Positions 37,477-45,543 of a DNA stretch of 64,000 bases are shown here, piece by piece. How positions within the stretch are numbered: position 1 is the first letter of the stretch; every line of letters starts with the position of its first letter. This DNA is from an uncultured delta proteobacterium (lineage in GTDB: Bacteria > Desulfobacterota > Binatia > JACPRU01), in NCBI GenBank assembly GCA_963745025.1, contig CAVUWD010000012.1, forward strand, positions 32,001-96,000, written 5' to 3'. The notes below the pieces were generated by a model. The model was not told the DNA's origin and did no database searches. It worked only from the letters and a program-made list of their open reading frames with translations. The position numbers were made by a program, and so were the translations under genes.

Positions 37477-38844
37477 TCAGGTCGGCGCGAGCGGGCGGGG
37501 GAACAGCGCGGGCGCGGCGGCGGAACCGACGTCGCACTCGACCGCGGCGAGCTTACGATCGAAGCGCGCCTGTTCGCGGGCCAGCGCGAGCGCGAGACGC
37601 AGCGTCCGGCCAAAGCCGGAGAACGATTCGAAGCGCCCGTGGAAGGCTTCCGCGACGAGCCAACCGATCAACCGCGAGACGGGCAGCATCTCCTGAGGCC
37701 GGCATTCGCGGTCGAGCACCGACAGAAGCCGCTCGCGCATCGCTTCGCTTGCCTGGGTGCGGCGGTAGACCATTCGCGTGAAGGCGCTGTTGTAGCTCCC
37801 GGAGCCCATGTCCGCGGCCATGCGATAGAGCCCGATCGAGTCCGCGTCCCTGCCGCGCCAGTATCTCGCGTAGGCGAGCTCGCTTCCGTCCACGACCGCC
37901 TCGGCGAGCGCGATCGCGTCCCGCAGAGCGTCGGTGATGCCGAGGCCGGGTGTCGGGTCGAGGTGCAGCCCCGCATCGCCGACGAGCGCCCATCCCGGGC
38001 CGACGGCCTGCTTGACGAAGAAGCGGAGCCCGGCGAGCCCGATGGCCGGCGTGGCCTGGCGCGATCCCTCGAGAAGCGGCGCCGTCAACGCTCCGGCTCT
38101 CAAGTAGGCGAGGAGCCCGGCGTCCGGATCGCGGCGCCACGGCTCGATCGCGTCGCGGGGCGCGAGGCCCGCCATCAGCAGGAGCCCCGAATCGGTCTGG
38201 AAGACGGCGCGGGCACCGTCTCCCTGCATGTGAATGCACATTCCCCAGTCGTACCGGGGATCGCTCGAGAAGAGCGGCGTCTCCTCGAAGTAGGCCCAGT
38301 AGGCTCCATGCGGGCTCGTGTCCTCGACATAGGCGGGTGCACCGACGAGGCGAGCGATCGTCGAGTTGCGACCGTCGGCGCCGACGACCAGCGCGGCGCG
38401 GAGCTCGTGCTCGCCCGCGGCGTCACGCACCCGCACGCCGGCGACGCGGTCGCCGTCGCGGACGAGACCGATCACGGTCGTGCGCGGGCGAACGTCGATC
38501 CCCGCGTCGACCACGGTCCGCTGCAGCAGCGGATCGAGCTTCAGCCGTCTCGGACAGCGGGCGTCGTGTGCGTCATCGGAGAGATCGATTTGCAGATGAG
38601 CATCCTCGACCTGCATGCGCAGGGCGAGGGCGCGCGGCGCCAGCGCGCGAACGGCGTCACCGAGCCCGAGGCGATCGAGCAGACGCATCCCGTAGGGTTG
38701 GATGGCGTGCGTCGAGAACGGCTGATCCGTGTAGAGCTCGTCCCGCTCGAGCGCGATGACCTTCACCCCGGCTCGATCGAGCGCGAGCGCAAGCGGTGCG
38801 CCCGCGCATCGGAGCCCCACCACGATGCAGTCCGCGTCCGCCAC
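37477..38844 (-). CDS. NAD(P)/FAD-dependent oxidoreductase
   Basis: IVVGLRCAG, VGADG, WALVGDAG..DP..GLG. Confidence 0.88.
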   Translation of the reverse strand: MADADCIVVGLRCAGAPLALALDRAGVKVIALERDELYTDQPFSTHAIQPYGMRLLDRLGLGDAVRALAPRALALRMQVEDAHLQIDLSDDAHDARCPRRLKLDPLLQRTVVDAGIDVRPRTTVIGLVRDGDRVAGVRVRDAAGEHELRAALVVGADGRNSTIARLVGAPAYVEDTSPHGAYWAYFEETPLFSSDPRYDWGMCIHMQGDGARAVFQTDSGLLLMAGLAPRDAIEPWRRDPDAGLLAYLRAGALTAPLLEGSRQATPAIGLAGLRFFVKQAVGPGWALVGDAGLHLDPTPGLGITDALRDAIALAEAVVDGSELAYARYWRGRDADSIGLYRMAADMGSGSYNSAFTRMVYRRTQASEAMRERLLSVLDRECRPQEMLPVSRLIGWLVAEAFHGRFESFSGFGRTLRLALALAREQARFDRKLAAVECDVGSAAAPALFPRPLAPT

Positions 38845-38904
38845 GCTGCCCCGAGACTACCAGGACGAGAGCGGCCGTCGCACGACCATCCGGCGAGGGC
38901 TCGC

Positions 38905-39090
38905 CATGCCCCGCGGCGTGGATCTGGAAGAAGCGATCGAGGATCGCGTGCCGCTCCTCGGGGTCGACCCGCCCCGCCAGCTCCATCCAACTCTTTCACG
39001 TCGGCGAACCGCGCCGTCGCCTGCCTGCGTTCGCCCTCCAGGGCCGAGGTCGATTGCAGGATCTTGTCGGCGAGATGGGGCGGCGTTTCG
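38905..39090 (-). pseudogene. Decayed fragment of a class III adenylate/guanylate cyclase
   Basis: TPPHLADKILQSTSALEGERRQATARFADVK, frameshift, then MELAGRVDPEERHAILDRFFQI; matches the start of a cyclase domain (GERKQVTVLFAD). Confidence 0.65.
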
Positions 39091-39107
39091 TCGCGAAGGA
39101 GCCGCCC

Positions 39108-39155
39108 GCTGCGGACGGCGCTCCGCGCCGCTGCTGAACCGCCAGGCCGTTATAT
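39108..39155 (+). other. Degenerate attC site (central stem, L' and R' only)
   Basis: GCGGACGGCGC-TCC-GCGCCGCTGC stem, L'-like GCTGAAC, 9-nt spacer, GTTATAT; no R'' found. Confidence 0.45.
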
Positions 39156-39524
39156 AGACCAGGGCCAGGAGCATTGGATCTTCCATGGGGTGCATTCGGC
39201 GAGAACTTCACGACGGAGGGTCTCGTCGAGGGCAGTGTTCACATCGGGGACCAACTCAGGATTGGTTCTGCCGAGTTCGTGGCTACACAGCCTCGCATGC
39301 CTTGCTTCAAGCTTGGGATCCGCTTTGGCCGACCGGACATGGTGAAGCACTTCCTGCGAAGCGGTGGCCCGGGAGGGCGAAGTTACCGCTGGCGACGCTG
39401 TCACGTTGATCGCCCGGCACGACCTTGCGATTACCGTCGCTGAGATTGTTGGCTTGTACACGGCGGACGTCGTGAACCAAGAGCTTCTCCGCAAGGCGAG
39501 CGAGCTCTTCTCGGCGACGAGGAG
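39156..39524 (+). pseudogene. MOSC-domain (YiiM-like) gene remnant between attC sites
   Basis: WGAFGENFTTEG...IGDQLRIG...TQPRMPCFKL, then frame change and deletion to VAREGEVTAGD; N-terminus missing. Confidence 0.75.
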
Positions 39525-39617
39525 AATTAACCAACGGTTGGAGCAGACCGGCGCACAACCGGCTCGTCACGACCGGGCGGTTATGGGCGCCGGCCGCTCA
39601 ACCGCCGGTCGTTAGAC
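39525..39617 (+). other. Integron attC site (93 bp)
   Basis: R'' AATTAAC, 5-nt spacer, L'' GTTGGAGC (extra G relative to L'), L' GCTCAAC, 8-nt spacer, R' GTTAGAC; internal CCGGCGC/GCGCCGG stem. Confidence 0.85.
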
Positions 39618-39651
39618 CGCTCTGGGTCCCGGGTGGTAGGGTTCGGGCTCG

Positions 39652-39943
39652 GTGGCTGGGCTCATCTTCGAGTGGGATACTGCGAAGGCGGAGAGCAACT
39701 TTCGAAGGCATGGCGTCTCGTTCGTGGAGGCGGTGACCACCTTCGCCGACCCCTTGGCGGCGATCCACGACGATCCCGATCACTCAGAGCAGGAACCCCG
39801 AGAACTCATCATCGGGGCACTCAAGCGCCGACCGGCTGTTGATCGTGAGCTTTACGGAGCTACCGAACTCGGTCAGAATCATCAGCGCCCGCAAAGCGAC
39901 ACGGCGGGAACGTCGCGACTATGAAGCCAGCCGAAAAGCATAA
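39652..39943 (+). CDS. brnT: BrnT family ribonuclease toxin with +1 frameshift at GGGG 39814-39817
   Basis: FEWDTAKAESNFRRHGVSF...DPDHS...IIG; removing one G restores HSSADRLLIVSFTE...VRIISARKATRRERRDYE. Confidence 0.85.
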
Positions 39944-40169
39944 GGCAACCGACGGTCTTCGTAGGGAATACGTGTTCGACTACGCCCGGGCACGCCCCAA
40001 CCGCTTCGCCCCGCGCATGAAGGGCAGGAGCGTTGCCATCGTTTTGGACCCCGACGTCGCTTCTGTTTTTCAGAGCGCAGAGGCCGTCAACGCCCTCCTA
40101 CGTTCCGTGATCTCGGCCATGCCAAGGGGCGCTAAAGCCACCAGGCTGCCGAGGCGCAGAGCGGTCTAA
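39921..40169 (+). CDS. Cognate antitoxin (BrnA-like)
   Basis: Overlaps toxin; LRREYVFDY..ARPNRFA...VLDPDVASVF..AEAVNALLR; stop TAA lies inside GTCTAAC (R''-like). Confidence 0.8.
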   Translation: MKPAEKHKATDGLRREYVFDYARARPNRFAPRMKGRSVAIVLDPDVASVFQSAEAVNALLRSVISAMPRGAKATRLPRRRAV

Positions 40170-40179
40170 CCCCAACCTC

Positions 40180-41592
40180 CTAAGAAACAACGACAGTAGG
40201 GGTTTGTAATTGCACGAGTTGGAAGCCGAGAGAGGCGGCGCGCTTGGAGAGAGAGCGGACGGTGCGCTCGCGGAATTTGAGTTCGTAGTAATCGATGCCG
40301 AGATCTTTGTAGGGTTGGCGGTGCTTCCACATTCGGTAGAAGATGCGCGAGAGCTTGTGGGCGGTGGCGGTGATGGCCTTGGGGGGCCCGAGTCGGGCGC
40401 GCATGCGGCGATGAAAGGCACCCAGAGCGGTGTGGCTGTTGCCGGCAGACTGAGCGGCTCGGCGTAAGGCAGTGGCCACACGGTTGGAGGCTTTTCGGGT
40501 CTTGGAGCTTTTCACTTCTCCTCCGGTGACACGGTTGTCGGGGCACAGCGCAAGCCAGGAGGCGAAGTGCTTCTCGGAGGGAAACTTCGAGGGATCGAGG
40601 CCGACCTCGGAAAGGATGGTCTGCACGGTGAGGGCATCGAACCCCGTGATGGCGGTGAAGTCGACGCCTGAGATTCGATAGAGGTGGGTGCGCAGGTCGA
40701 AGCCAGCCTCGTTGCGCTGGGGCTTGCGGTGGGTGGCCTTGGGTTGTCCCAGGGGCGTGAGAGCAGGGTCGACTTGGGTGTCGAAGCCGCCCAGGCATTG
40801 CTCGATCCGCAGGTCGCAGTCGGCAATCATGCTGCGGTAGGTGTCATAGAGCGAGAGGCATTGCTCAAGTGCGAAGAGGTGCTCGGGTCGGTAGTCGCCC
40901 TGGAGGGATTGGGCGATGCGCTCGGAGGTGCTCTTGATGCGATGATCGCGCATCGCGGCCAGAAGCTGTGGATCTCGCTCACCGGCGAGGATGGAGCGAA
41001 TGATTCTCATGCCGCTGACGCCGGTGATGTCACTGATGACCTTGTGAAGCTGGATGTTCATCTGGGTCAGGGCCTTCTGCATGCGCTGCACGTGAGCGGC
41101 CGCGTCGCGGATGAGAGTATCGCGCTGGCGGATGTAGCTGCGCAGCACGCAGGTCTGATCGTCGGGACGAAACGATCCCGAGAGTAGACCAAAGGTGTGC
41201 AGCTGCTGGAGCCACTGGCAGTCCTGGATGTCGCTCTTTCTGCCGGGCAGGTTTTTGACGTGGCGGGCGTTGACGAGCTTGACCTCGAAGCCGCGCGTCT
41301 CGAGGATCTGAAAGAGCGGGATCCAGTAGACTCCGGTGGATTCCATGACCACGGTGTCGACTCCGCACTGCTCGAGCCAGTCAGCCAGACGGTGCAAATC
41401 GGCGGTGAAGCACTCGAAGCGGCGCACGGGCTGCGGATCGCGGTCCTCGGGAACCGCCACGTAGTGCTCGGCGGATCCGACATCGATGCCGGCGGCGTTG
41501 AGGTGCACAGCCTTGAGGCTCGCGGGCAACCCCGTTCCTCGCGCGACGCTCTTTCTCTTTCGGCCTGCGCCGGGTTTGATAGACTCCTTCAT
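40180..41592 (-). CDS. IS110 family transposase/recombinase
   Basis: DEDD RuvC motifs AGIDVG, VMESTG, KSDIQD; C-terminal FPSEKHFASW..L.P..RVTGG, ATAHKL; AAGGAGG before ATG 41592 (or GTG 41601). Confidence 0.95.
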   Translation of the reverse strand: MKESIKPGAGRKRKSVARGTGLPASLKAVHLNAAGIDVGSAEHYVAVPEDRDPQPVRRFECFTADLHRLADWLEQCGVDTVVMESTGVYWIPLFQILETRGFEVKLVNARHVKNLPGRKSDIQDCQWLQQLHTFGLLSGSFRPDDQTCVLRSYIRQRDTLIRDAAAHVQRMQKALTQMNIQLHKVISDITGVSGMRIIRSILAGERDPQLLAAMRDHRIKSTSERIAQSLQGDYRPEHLFALEQCLSLYDTYRSMIADCDLRIEQCLGGFDTQVDPALTPLGQPKATHRKPQRNEAGFDLRTHLYRISGVDFTAITGFDALTVQTILSEVGLDPSKFPSEKHFASWLALCPDNRVTGGEVKSSKTRKASNRVATALRRAAQSAGNSHTALGAFHRRMRARLGPPKAITATAHKLSRIFYRMWKHRQPYKDLGIDYYELKFRERTVRSLSKRAASLGFQLVQLQTPTVVVS

Positions 41593-41601
41593 CGAGTACA
41601 C

Positions 41602-41867
41602 CTCCTTGGAGTTGGGATGTGCTCGGGCCGGGTGGGTCGAAGGTGAGAAATCTCCTAAACGGGATAACCCTCCGTGCGAGGGAGGGCTTCACCAATGAAA
41701 CAACCGCAAGCCCCCCGGAACCATGCTAACCCACGGGCGCGAAGGCACCATTGGCGCTACGGTCTTAGCTACCCGAGCACATCCCGGTGTACTCGACGCA
41801 CACCGGCGCAGCAAAGACACTCAGGTTTCTTCCATCAACAACACCGCGCCTCGCGCGGGGTCAAATG
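41602..41867 (-). ncRNA. Candidate bridge/seek RNA in the IS110 non-coding end
   Basis: 14-bp perfect stem 41614-41627/41772-41785 encloses exact matches to both element junctions (41652-41658 and 41723-41731). Confidence 0.65.
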
Positions 41868-41870
41868 CTA

Positions 41871-41963
41871 ACCTAACAAGCGGTTGGAGCGGCCCGGCGC
41901 GCAACCAGCTCGTCACGGCCGGACCTCGGTGGGCGCCGGCCGCTCAACCGCGGGGCGTTAGCC
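41871..41963 (+). other. Integron attC site (93 bp), homologous to 39525-39617
   Basis: R'' ACCTAAC, spacer AAGCG, L'' GTTGGAGC, L' GCTCAAC, 8-nt spacer, R' GTTAG(CC); shared CAACC.GCTCGTCACG.CCGG central region. Confidence 0.88.
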
Positions 41964-42121
41964 GGAAGTTCCCGCGCTCTGCCAGTGTGAAGGTGGTCTG
42001 AAAGTCGCGGTGGTTATTGGTGTTTGTGCCTGTGGGAGTGAGATATTTGGGTCCTTGCTGTAGTCACTAAATCATGCTGGGCTGGCTTGACAACACACGT
42101 GTTATCCACTAATAACACGCC

Positions 42122-43859
42122 GTGGCTCGGCGAAGCGGCGCAGTTCATGTAGTAACCACAAGGCGGACCTACAAAGACAAGGTCTACGAGACCCACCTGC
42201 TGCGCCGCAGCTACCGCCAGGGCGACACGGTCAAGAACGAGACGCTCGGCAACCTCTCTCACCTCCCGGGCCATCTCATCGACCTGATTCGTCGCGCACT
42301 TCAGGGAGAGGCCGTTGCGCCGGTGACGCAGCTCTTCGAGATCACCTCTTCGGCGGCTCACGGGCATGTGGAGGCGGTTCGGGCCGCGATGGCACGACTG
42401 GAGTTCGAGCCGCTGCTCGCCTCACGTGGGTGTCGGGAGCGCGATCTGGTGTGCGCGATGGTGGCCGCTCGCATCATCGCCCCGCACACCAAGCTCGCCA
42501 CCACCCGCTGGTGGCACACCACCACCTTGGCCGAGGACCTCGCGTGTGGCCGATGCCGACGAGGACGATCTCTACGCGGCGATGGACTGGCTGCTCGAGC
42601 GTCAGGGGACGATCGAGAAGAAGCTCGCCACGCGCCATCTCGGCGAGGGGAGCCTGGTGCTGTACGACTTGAGCTCGAGCTACTTCGAGGGGACGACCTG
42701 TCCGCTGGCCAAGCTCGGGCACGATCGCGACGGCAAGAAGGGCAAGCTGCAGGTGAACTATGGGCTGCTCACCGATCGGCGCGGTTGCCCGGTGGCGGTG
42801 TCGGTCTACGACGGCAATACCAGCGACCCCAAGACCCTCATGCCGCAAGTCCACAAGCTCAAGAAGGACTTCGGCATCCAGACCCTGGTCCTGGTCGGCG
42901 ACCGAGGGATGATTTCACAGAAGGCCATCGACGAGCTCAAGGAGCAGGACCAAGTCGCCTGGATCACGGCGCTCAAGACCCGTCAGATTCGAGCGCTGGT
43001 GGAAGGCGGGCAGCTTCAGCTCGGGCTCTTCGACGAGAAGAATCTCTTCGAGCTCTCGCACCCGGACTTTCCCGCCGAGCGCCTGATCGCATGCCGCAAC
43101 CCGCAGCTAGCGAAGCTGCGCAATCACAAGCGGCAGTCTCTGCTCGATGCCACCGAGAAGGAGCTCGAGAAGGTCAGGGGCATGGTCGAGCGGGGGCGCC
43201 TTTCGGGCCGCGACGCTATCGGCGTGCGCGTGGGCAAGGTCGTCAACAAGTACAAGGTCGCCAAGCACTTCGCGCTCGACATCGAGGAGCACCGCTTCGG
43301 CTTCCATCGGCTCGAGGACGACATCGCTTCGGAAGCGGCCCTCGACGGCATCTACATCATCCGCACGAGCCTCGGGAAAAAGCAGATGACGGCCGCCGAC
43401 TGCGTGCGTAACTACAAGTCCCTGGCTCAGGTCGAGCGGGCGTTTCGATCGCTGAAGACCATCGATCTGAAGATCCGCCCCATCCACCATCACCTCGCCG
43501 ACCGCGTCAGAAGCCACATCTTCCTCTGCATGCTCGCCTACTATGTCGAGTGGCACATGCGAGAGGCCTGGCGCCCCTTGCTCTTCGCCGACGAGGATCC
43601 ACTCGCCAAGACTACCCGCGATCCGGTGGCCCCCGCCAAGCGCTCCGCGGCCGCCGAGGCCAAGGCCGCCTCTCATCTCCTCGACGACGGCACCCCCGCC
43701 CACAGCTTCTCCACCCTTCAACAGGAGCTCGCTACCATCGTCCGCAACACCTGCCGCGCCCCCCACGCCGGCGACGATGCCCCAACCTTCAAGATCACCA
43801 CCACTCCCAACCCGAAGCAGCGTCGCGCCCTCGAACTGCTCAACGCCATCCACTTGTAG
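42122..43859 (+). CDS. IS1634 family transposase, frameshifted near 42543
   Basis: THLLRRSYRQGDTVKNETLGNLS N-terminus; after the shift LYDLSSSYFEG, LVGDRGM, YKSLAQVERAFRSLK, RPIHH. Confidence 0.9.
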
Positions 43860-43871
43860 ACAGAAACTCGC

Positions 43872-43957
43872 ACACCTGATTCGGTCTATCTCCCCGAATC
43901 ATGAAAGGATTCCGACACCTGATTCGGTCTATCTCCCCGAATCATGAAAGGATTCCG
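43872..43957 (+). repeat. Perfect 43-bp tandem duplication in the IS1634 right end
   Basis: ACACCTGATTCGGTCTATCTCCCCGAATCATGAAAGGATTCCG x2; each unit contains a TGATTCGG/CCGAATCA hairpin. Confidence 0.95.
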
Positions 43958-44321
43958 CTCGAACCAGCGGGGAACTTCAGGTTAGACCTCTCCGAGAATA
44001 CCTGGCCGAGTACCGGCGCGTGACCCAGCAATCCCTGGAGCTCCAGCACCGCGCCGTCGCTCGACGAGAGCAGGTCAGCCTCATCTACAAGCGGATCGTA
44101 CTTCTGGGAGGCGTTCTGGTTGCCGGGCTTCTGAGTCTGCTCCTGTATCCTCTGGTGCGCTGGTCGCACTACCTATTTCGGTGATGCGGGAGAAGAGGTG
44201 GAGGAGCCGTGCAGGCAGGGTCCACGGGAGTGGGTCGGCGGATCGAGGCGAGGTGCGCCGGACGACCCACCGATCGGCGGGATGACCTTGGTGGCGGAGT
44301 CGGTCAGACGACAGGGCTCGC

Positions 44322-45473
44322 TCAAGTCGCGACGACCATGAGCCGGAACACCGATGGGTCAGCCGCCTTGCCGGCGCCGGCACGCGCGATGAGCTGATCC
44401 TCCGCCGGCACCACACTGCGGAGCTCCGGCACCACCTCGTTCGCGAAGGTCCGCATGCTGTGCTCGGCGATGTCGTACGGCATGCCCCCGTAGCTGAAGA
44501 CGCCGACGAACGCCTCGGCGCCGGTCTTCCCCTGCGTCTCGACGATCTTCTGGTAGCACTGCTCGGGCGTACCGTAGACCTGCAGGCTGAGGAAGAACTC
44601 CACCATGGCGTCGACGCCGCCGGGGGCCGAGGCGCTCTCCTGCATTTGCTTGTACGCCTCGTAGCCCTTCATCTTCGTCAGGTGGTCGCCGATGAGCTCG
44701 TAGTGTCGGACCACCGATCGCCAGTACTCGGCGATGTACTTCCGTCCGAGCTCTTCGGCGCGACCCGCATCCTCGTCGCAGAACGTCCAGCCGGCGACGA
44801 TCGGCGGCGGGGCATCCGTGCCGTTCACCTCGGCGTAGATTCGGCGGTAGTCGCCGAGCTCCTTCAGCACCATGTCCCAGGGCTTCTGTGGGATGATGAG
44901 CAGGCCGATGCCGAGCCTCGCCATGATCTGGGATGATTCCGGCGAGACGGCAGCCGCATAGGTTCTGCCGCGGAAGGACTTGAACGGCCGGGGCCGGAGA
45001 TCTCGCCGCGTCTGCTTGTAGTACTTGCCGGAAAACTCGACGTATCCACGCTCGAGACCCTCGAGGATGATCTGCGACGCCTCGACGAACCGCTCGCGGC
45101 TCTCCTCCTGGTTCACGCCGAAGCCTTCGAACTCGACGCGACCGAGCCCCCGGCCGAGCCCGAGGACGAAGCGTCCGTTCGACATGTGGTCGAGCATGGT
45201 CACCTGCTCCGCCACGCGCACGGGGTCGTGCCACGGCAGCACCACGACCATCGAGCCGAGCTGGATGCGCTGCGTGCGCCCCGCCATGTATGCGAGGTAG
45301 AGGAGCACGTCGGGGCACATGGTGTAGTCGGTGAAGTGGTGCTCGACGCCCCAGAGCGACTCGAAGCCGAGCGGTTCGGCCAGGTCCGCAAAGCGCAGCT
45401 CGTTGCGGTAGACGTTGCGATCCGTTCGCCCCGCCCCTTGACCCTGAAAAATCACCGCCATGCCGATATGCAT
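44322..45473 (-). CDS. LLM class flavin-dependent oxidoreductase
   Basis: GFESLWGVEHHF, PWHDPVRVAE, LDHMSNGRFVLGLGRG; GGAGAGG RBS. Confidence 0.93.
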   Translation of the reverse strand: MHIGMAVIFQGQGAGRTDRNVYRNELRFADLAEPLGFESLWGVEHHFTDYTMCPDVLLYLAYMAGRTQRIQLGSMVVVLPWHDPVRVAEQVTMLDHMSNGRFVLGLGRGLGRVEFEGFGVNQEESRERFVEASQIILEGLERGYVEFSGKYYKQTRRDLRPRPFKSFRGRTYAAAVSPESSQIMARLGIGLLIIPQKPWDMVLKELGDYRRIYAEVNGTDAPPPIVAGWTFCDEDAGRAEELGRKYIAEYWRSVVRHYELIGDHLTKMKGYEAYKQMQESASAPGGVDAMVEFFLSLQVYGTPEQCYQKIVETQGKTGAEAFVGVFSYGGMPYDIAEHSMRTFANEVVPELRSVVPAEDQLIARAGAGKAADPSVFRLMVVAT

Positions 45474-45543
45474 TGCACCTCTCCTTTCCGGCGACCGAGA
45501 CTTCTGCGGCCGCGCTCGTCTGCTCGGTCGGTGCCGGGCGCCA

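Larger units (their letters stand above)
40177..41869 (-). mobile_element. IS110-family element inserted at the attC R'' end, with CT core at both junctions
   Basis: No terminal IRs; junctions ccaac-CT-cctaag (40177-40178) and caaatg-CT-aacctaac (41868-41869); about 270-bp non-coding end upstream of the transposase. Confidence 0.85.
41962..43981 (+). mobile_element. IS1634-family element inserted at the attC R' box
   Basis: Terminal IRs CCGGAAGTTCCC / GGGAACTTCAGG (11/12); (G)TTAG repeated on both sides (41957-41961 and 43981-43985); exact ends +/-1 bp. Confidence 0.85.

Noticed and set aside
37327-39345. 672-aa ORF and other long antisense ORFs (16481, 18566, 24371, 45991, 60138)
   Set aside because: Shadow frames opposite well-supported genes, expected in high-GC DNA
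43872-43957. CRISPR array
   Set aside because: Two directly abutting units with no spacer and no cas genes in the window
43988-44300. Further gene cassette after IS1634
   Set aside because: Starts after GTTAGAC, but no convincing ORF or closing attC was found
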